This document shows positions 59,796-64,000 of a stretch of 64,000 nt of DNA, piece by piece. The DNA is from Camelus ferus (Eukaryota). The position numbers and the translations under genes were made by a program. How positions within the stretch are numbered: the stretch's first letter is position 1; each line of letters opens with the position of its first letter. Under the pieces are notes generated by a model. That model was not told the origin of the DNA, searched no databases, and saw nothing but the letters and a program-made list of their open reading frames with translations. The stretch lies in assembly GCF_009834535.1 (NCBI RefSeq), contig NC_045696.1, positions 118,298,001-118,362,000 of the forward strand. The letters are read 5' to 3'.

Positions 59796-60949
59796 ATAAA
59801 TAAATCTAGGTTCACAAAATGACAGGTGTTCATCTTTTAGGCACTGACTTTCAGTCAAGTTATTTCTTACATGGACAGTTCTGTAAAGGATACTTTAGGG
59901 TGAGCAGCAGTCGGAATATATTTATTTGTTGGTGGTTTGTAATTGTTTTGGCCTGTGCCCTAAAGATTAGTATTGTTTAAAATTCAGTGCAGCTACTGAA
60001 AGTTGTTTTAAAATAGTGCTAAACCAAATACTATTATATTCAAATTAGAGAATATATATAATGTATTTTGTTAAAAATTTGAGGAAATCTGTCAAAGTAC
60101 TAACAGTGGTAGAATTATTTGTGGCTTATTATTTTTTTACTTGTATGACTTTGCATTTGAAAGTTTTCCACAATAATCATGTACTAGTTTTATAATTTTT
60201 GTCAATTTGTATTAATTTTGTAATTTTTAAAATACCTTTCAATCAACTAATTTATTTTGTATCCTAAGGCATCCAGGTAAAGATTTATGCACAAAGACAT
60301 TTATCATAATATTATATAGAATAGCTAACTGTTTTAAACATGAAAATATTTATTGAATGGTTTAAATAAATTATACAACATTCATTGAATCCTGTATTAT
60401 GCAGCCATTTAAAATTTTGTTGTAAAATTTTTTTAAGATAACATGGCAGATGTGCTTACACTTAAAATATATGAAATAACACAAAAATATTTATATTGTG
60501 TGTGTTTTCAATTTTATAGGAAAAAACAAATATTTTTCAGCATTTACTTATATTGTGGGTAGATTTTTCTCTTCCTCTTTTTTCTTTCTTTTTTCAAAAT
60601 CTTTTAATTTTTCTTTCTTCTTTCTTTTTTTTATGTCTTTTTAGCTAGTTTTGTCTGAGTAATTTATCTCAAACGTGCAAGTTTTTAATGTACATTTATT
60701 TCTTTTACAATGGAAAAATAAAATATATCCAAGAAATGAAAGACAAGTGAATTCTGACTAGGTTAAGTTAATTTCCACATTCTATTATAATCTCACTTTT
60801 CATTTAGATAATCTTTACTTTTACTATTCATGCTGAAAGTGTATTTGAATACAACTAGTGAGAATATAGTTACAGTGATAATTTATATAATGTGATTCTA
60901 ATAATGTTTTATAAAATAGTTGAATTTCGAAGATTTACTAGGAGTCCGT

Positions 60950-62550
60950 ATTGTCCCATAGTGGTCCTCTGAGGTTCTGTTCTTTTTTTTTCTTTTTTTT
61001 TTTTTTAATCTTTCACTTCTGCAGTTTGGATAACTTCTATTGATCTATCTTCTAGTTCACTGACTTGTTCCTCTTTCAACTCCATGTGGTTATTGAGCCC
61101 ATCCAGTAAAATTTTTTTATTGAGGTATAGTTGATTTACAGTATTGTGTTAGTTTCAAGTGTACAGCAAAATGATTATGTTTTATGTATATATATGTATA
61201 TATTCCTTTTTATTTTTTCCATTATAGTTTATTAGAAATTTTTTAAATTTCACATGCTGTACTTTACAGCTTTAAAATTTTAATTTTTAATAGTTTCCCT
61301 TTTTTAACACTGTGAAGTTCTATCTTTCCATTCATTTCAAGAGTCTATGCACTATAGCTTATGTAGAAAAGTGGTAGCTTCTTTAAATCTTTGTTGATTT
61401 GTGCATCTGGGTCATCTCAGGGTTGACGTCTGTGAATTGTATTATTCCTTGAGAGTTGGCCAGATTTTCCTGATTCTTGGGTATATCAAGTAATTTTGGA
61501 GTGTATCCTAAACATTTTGAAGATTTTACTTTGAAACTCTGTATCTTATTGAATCCTCTGGAGAAATCTTGTCTTCCCTTCCTGTCTCCTTTCTTTTTTT
61601 TTTCCCTTCTCCTTTCTTCTTTGCTTTCTTTCCTCTCTCTTTTCCTTTTCTTTTCACAGGCAGTCATCGCAATTAGGGTCAGCCTACAAGGTTTGGTTCA
61701 CCTTCTGTGGGTGGTGGTTCCAGTGTCAGTTCAGCTTTCAAAGCCTTTTCTCTGCTTTTTGAGTCTGCACCTTGCATGTGACTCTCCGTGCCCTAGCCTA
61801 GGACTTTGGTAGTGGTTTATATCAGAGGTTGAGTCTTACAGCTTTTGTTGTGCTTTTTTGAGTGTGTTTCAAGAAGACACAGTGTAAGTGTGAATTCATA
61901 ATTTGTGGCAGTTCAGTCCCCTTGTCCTGTGCTTCCTCTTCCAGGATAACCCTACACTCCGGCTTGTTCTATCACAGGTTTCGCCTCTCATGCCATGAGA
62001 CGGATCCACATGAATGGGCCCACTTTGTGGCAAATTGAGGTGATTGATTAGAAAAGAAAACATAGTGGGGATTCCCCACTCACTATTCATACAACAGGGT
62101 CCCCCTCTTCCTGGTTTCCTGTTATGAAAGATAACTTTCTTTCTTACTGTTACCAGCCACCCACTGTAGCAGTATGGTTCTACGATGAGTCCTGGTCCTG
62201 CTACAAGGTTGGAAGTGAAAGAAGGGGAAAAGTTTGTTTTCCCAGTCCCAGAAAAATGGGGTAGAGGTTTTTGCTTTCTGTACCTACCATTTAGTTCTCA
62301 GATTCAGCCTGACCTGAGCTCAAAGCTAGGATATGAAAGGGGGAAAAACAAAAATAAAACTGAAAACTCACCGCCACTCCACTGTATTTTTGACTCCCTT
62401 ATCCAATATGCCTGCTGTTGTTTACTTTTCAGAGCCCTCAAGAAGTTGCTTTTTGTACTTTGCCCTGAGTTTTTAGTTGTAGTCAGCAGGAGAGAGAGGC
62501 TTGCAGTGGTCCTCCATGTTGAATGGGACTGGAAATCCTACTGTAATCCA
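60950..62550 (-). mobile_element. Old L1 5' region (5' UTR/ORF1 remnants), antisense
   Basis: ttctattgatctatcttctagttcactgac and tattgagcccatccagt ORF1-type motifs, plus a 5'-end-like terminus near 62550. Confidence 0.7.
61111..61238 (-). mobile_element. Short artiodactyl L1 3'-end insertion nested in the older L1
   Basis: ttttattgaggtatagttgatttacagtattgtgttagtttcaagtgtacagcaaaatgatt. Confidence 0.8.
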
Positions 62551-62869
62551 TGATGTGCTGTCTTACTGTTTCCTCTATTTTTGTGTGTAATGCAGATGTC
62601 AGTCTTATTTAGAAACCAAGTTAATTACTGATCTGTGTAGAAAGCTGCTTATAAAATAAATAATTATTATTAATAATCAAATTAAGATAATTATATATGG
62701 AAATAAAATATTAGGAACACAATTATTTATTTTCTTACCATGGAAATAATTTCAAATTATTTTGAAAGATTTCAATTTTCAGATCCTCGTTTAGAGTGTC
62801 TTAGCATTAATTAATTATGCCATTGTCTCTATTTTATCAGATCCAGACGCTAGCTGATCTCTTAGCTTT

Positions 62870-63410
62870 GATCTTGCCCCTCCCCTCCAGTCTAATCTTC
62901 ACGTGGCAGCTCAAATAATCCAAACATGAAATAGATCATCTTTTTCATCATTTGGAAACTTTATGGTGGCTTCTCATTATACGTATAAAATCTAGACTTC
63001 CTCCCTAGAAAACCCCAAGTTCTGTGGCGCCTACTTGTTCCACAGACCTGTCTCCTATTTCTCTCCTCCCAGCCCTCCAGCCTCCCTGGCCCCCCCAACA
63101 CACACACACACACGCCCATTTCTGCTGTAGGACATTTGCACAGGTGTGCCCTTTCCCTGTAGATGTTCTCATGTCTATGTTTTTTCTTGTAAGTAGAATC
63201 TTGTCAGAAATGACCTCTCCCTGCAGAGAGCACCCTCTCCCAGTGACTGAACATCACATTCTTCTGTTGTATTTTCTTTTTCAGCTTTTATGATTATCTC
63301 AATTTATTTGTTATAAATGTCTTTTCTTGTTTTTCCCCCTGCCCCCGCCCCATCCTAGAACAGTGCCTGGCACACAGTAGCCTCTCAGCAGATGTATCAG
63401 TGAGCTTTAA
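62870..63410 (+). mobile_element. L2 3' region
   Basis: ctccagtctaatcttcacgtggcagc...ggtggcttctcatt...cctagaacagtgcctggcacacagtag. Confidence 0.8.
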
Positions 63411-64000
63411 AAATGGTAAACTGCTATACTTTTAGATGGCATAAGAACAGAATCATCAATACGGCTCTTCTGTCATCATTTTTTACCTTGGAGTATGCAG
63501 GCTTCTTATTCAGTCTCCCCCGATCCACTCTTCTTCCCCCTACACCCACCTTCAAATTGCTTCCTCCCTGAAGTTCAAGTGCTCTTTTAAAAGCTGCAGA
63601 CATTATCGTGTTCTTACTTCTTAAAACCCTTCTTTCACTGACTTCCTGTTCATCTTCCAAAATTTCTGGCATGACCGTCGAAGACTCTTGGTGCATGCAG
63701 ACCTCTAGTGGAGTGCTCTTCATGTTCTTTTTGGTCCATGACCCCTCCTCTCTCATATGTCATTGTGCAGTAAGCTGTGTGACTTTCTTCTGTAACAGTT
63801 TTGAAAGTTGTCATTGTACAACGCTTTGACCGTCCGTCTCCTCTGCTGAACTTTCAACTCTAGGATGTCAGGGATGGGTTTGGACTTTTGCTTTCTACTG
63901 TATCCTAGTGCTAAAATACAGGAGGTGTTTAATAGATGATTACTGAAAATAAAAAAATTAGAAAAGCTATCACATGATCCAAGTGCATGACTAGAAGTTT

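Larger units (their letters stand above)
13453..64000 (+). other. TBC1D5: Large TBC1D5 intron (next coding exon, expected to start G/GA-GAT-TCA-AAT, 'GDSN...', not found in the window)
   Basis: GT donor at 13453. No downstream sequence encodes the expected continuation, and the region is repeat-rich intronic sequence. Confidence 0.75.

Overview
AT-rich mammalian (eutherian) genomic DNA, most likely from a camelid (Camelus/Vicugna/Lama), judging from two short tRNA-Ala-derived SINEs of the vic-1 type. The window lies inside the TBC1D5 gene (Rab7 GAP, retromer partner), transcribed on the + strand. Only one exon is recognisable, the first coding exon: acceptor ...ctcccag|13317, ATG at 13356, donor 13452|GTGAGT. 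Its 97 coding nt encode MYPSLSETRHPLEPEEQEVGIDPLSSDSSKPG(G). Everything else is intron, carrying the usual eutherian repeats (L2, MIR, old L1M, MaLR/ERV LTRs, hAT and Tigger DNA transposons) plus lineage-specific SINE, L1 and LTR copies. Several multi-kb repeat-poor stretches are dense in homeobox/SOX/FOX/AP-1 motifs and are candidate conserved enhancers. The other ORFs in the track are spurious or decayed L1 ORF2. I see no convincing novel multi-gene system. The most interesting signals are two Pro-Leu (HPL, DPLSS) VPS29-type motifs in the exon, weak-to-strong amino-acid changes and CpG-rich patches suggesting GC-biased gene conversion, a triple-palindrome cassette, opposed G-quadruplex motifs and several unusual nested TE events. 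Repeat family names and orthologue comparisons come from memory of consensus sequences, not from a search. Repeat boundaries are approximate unless target-site duplications (TSDs) or termini are given.
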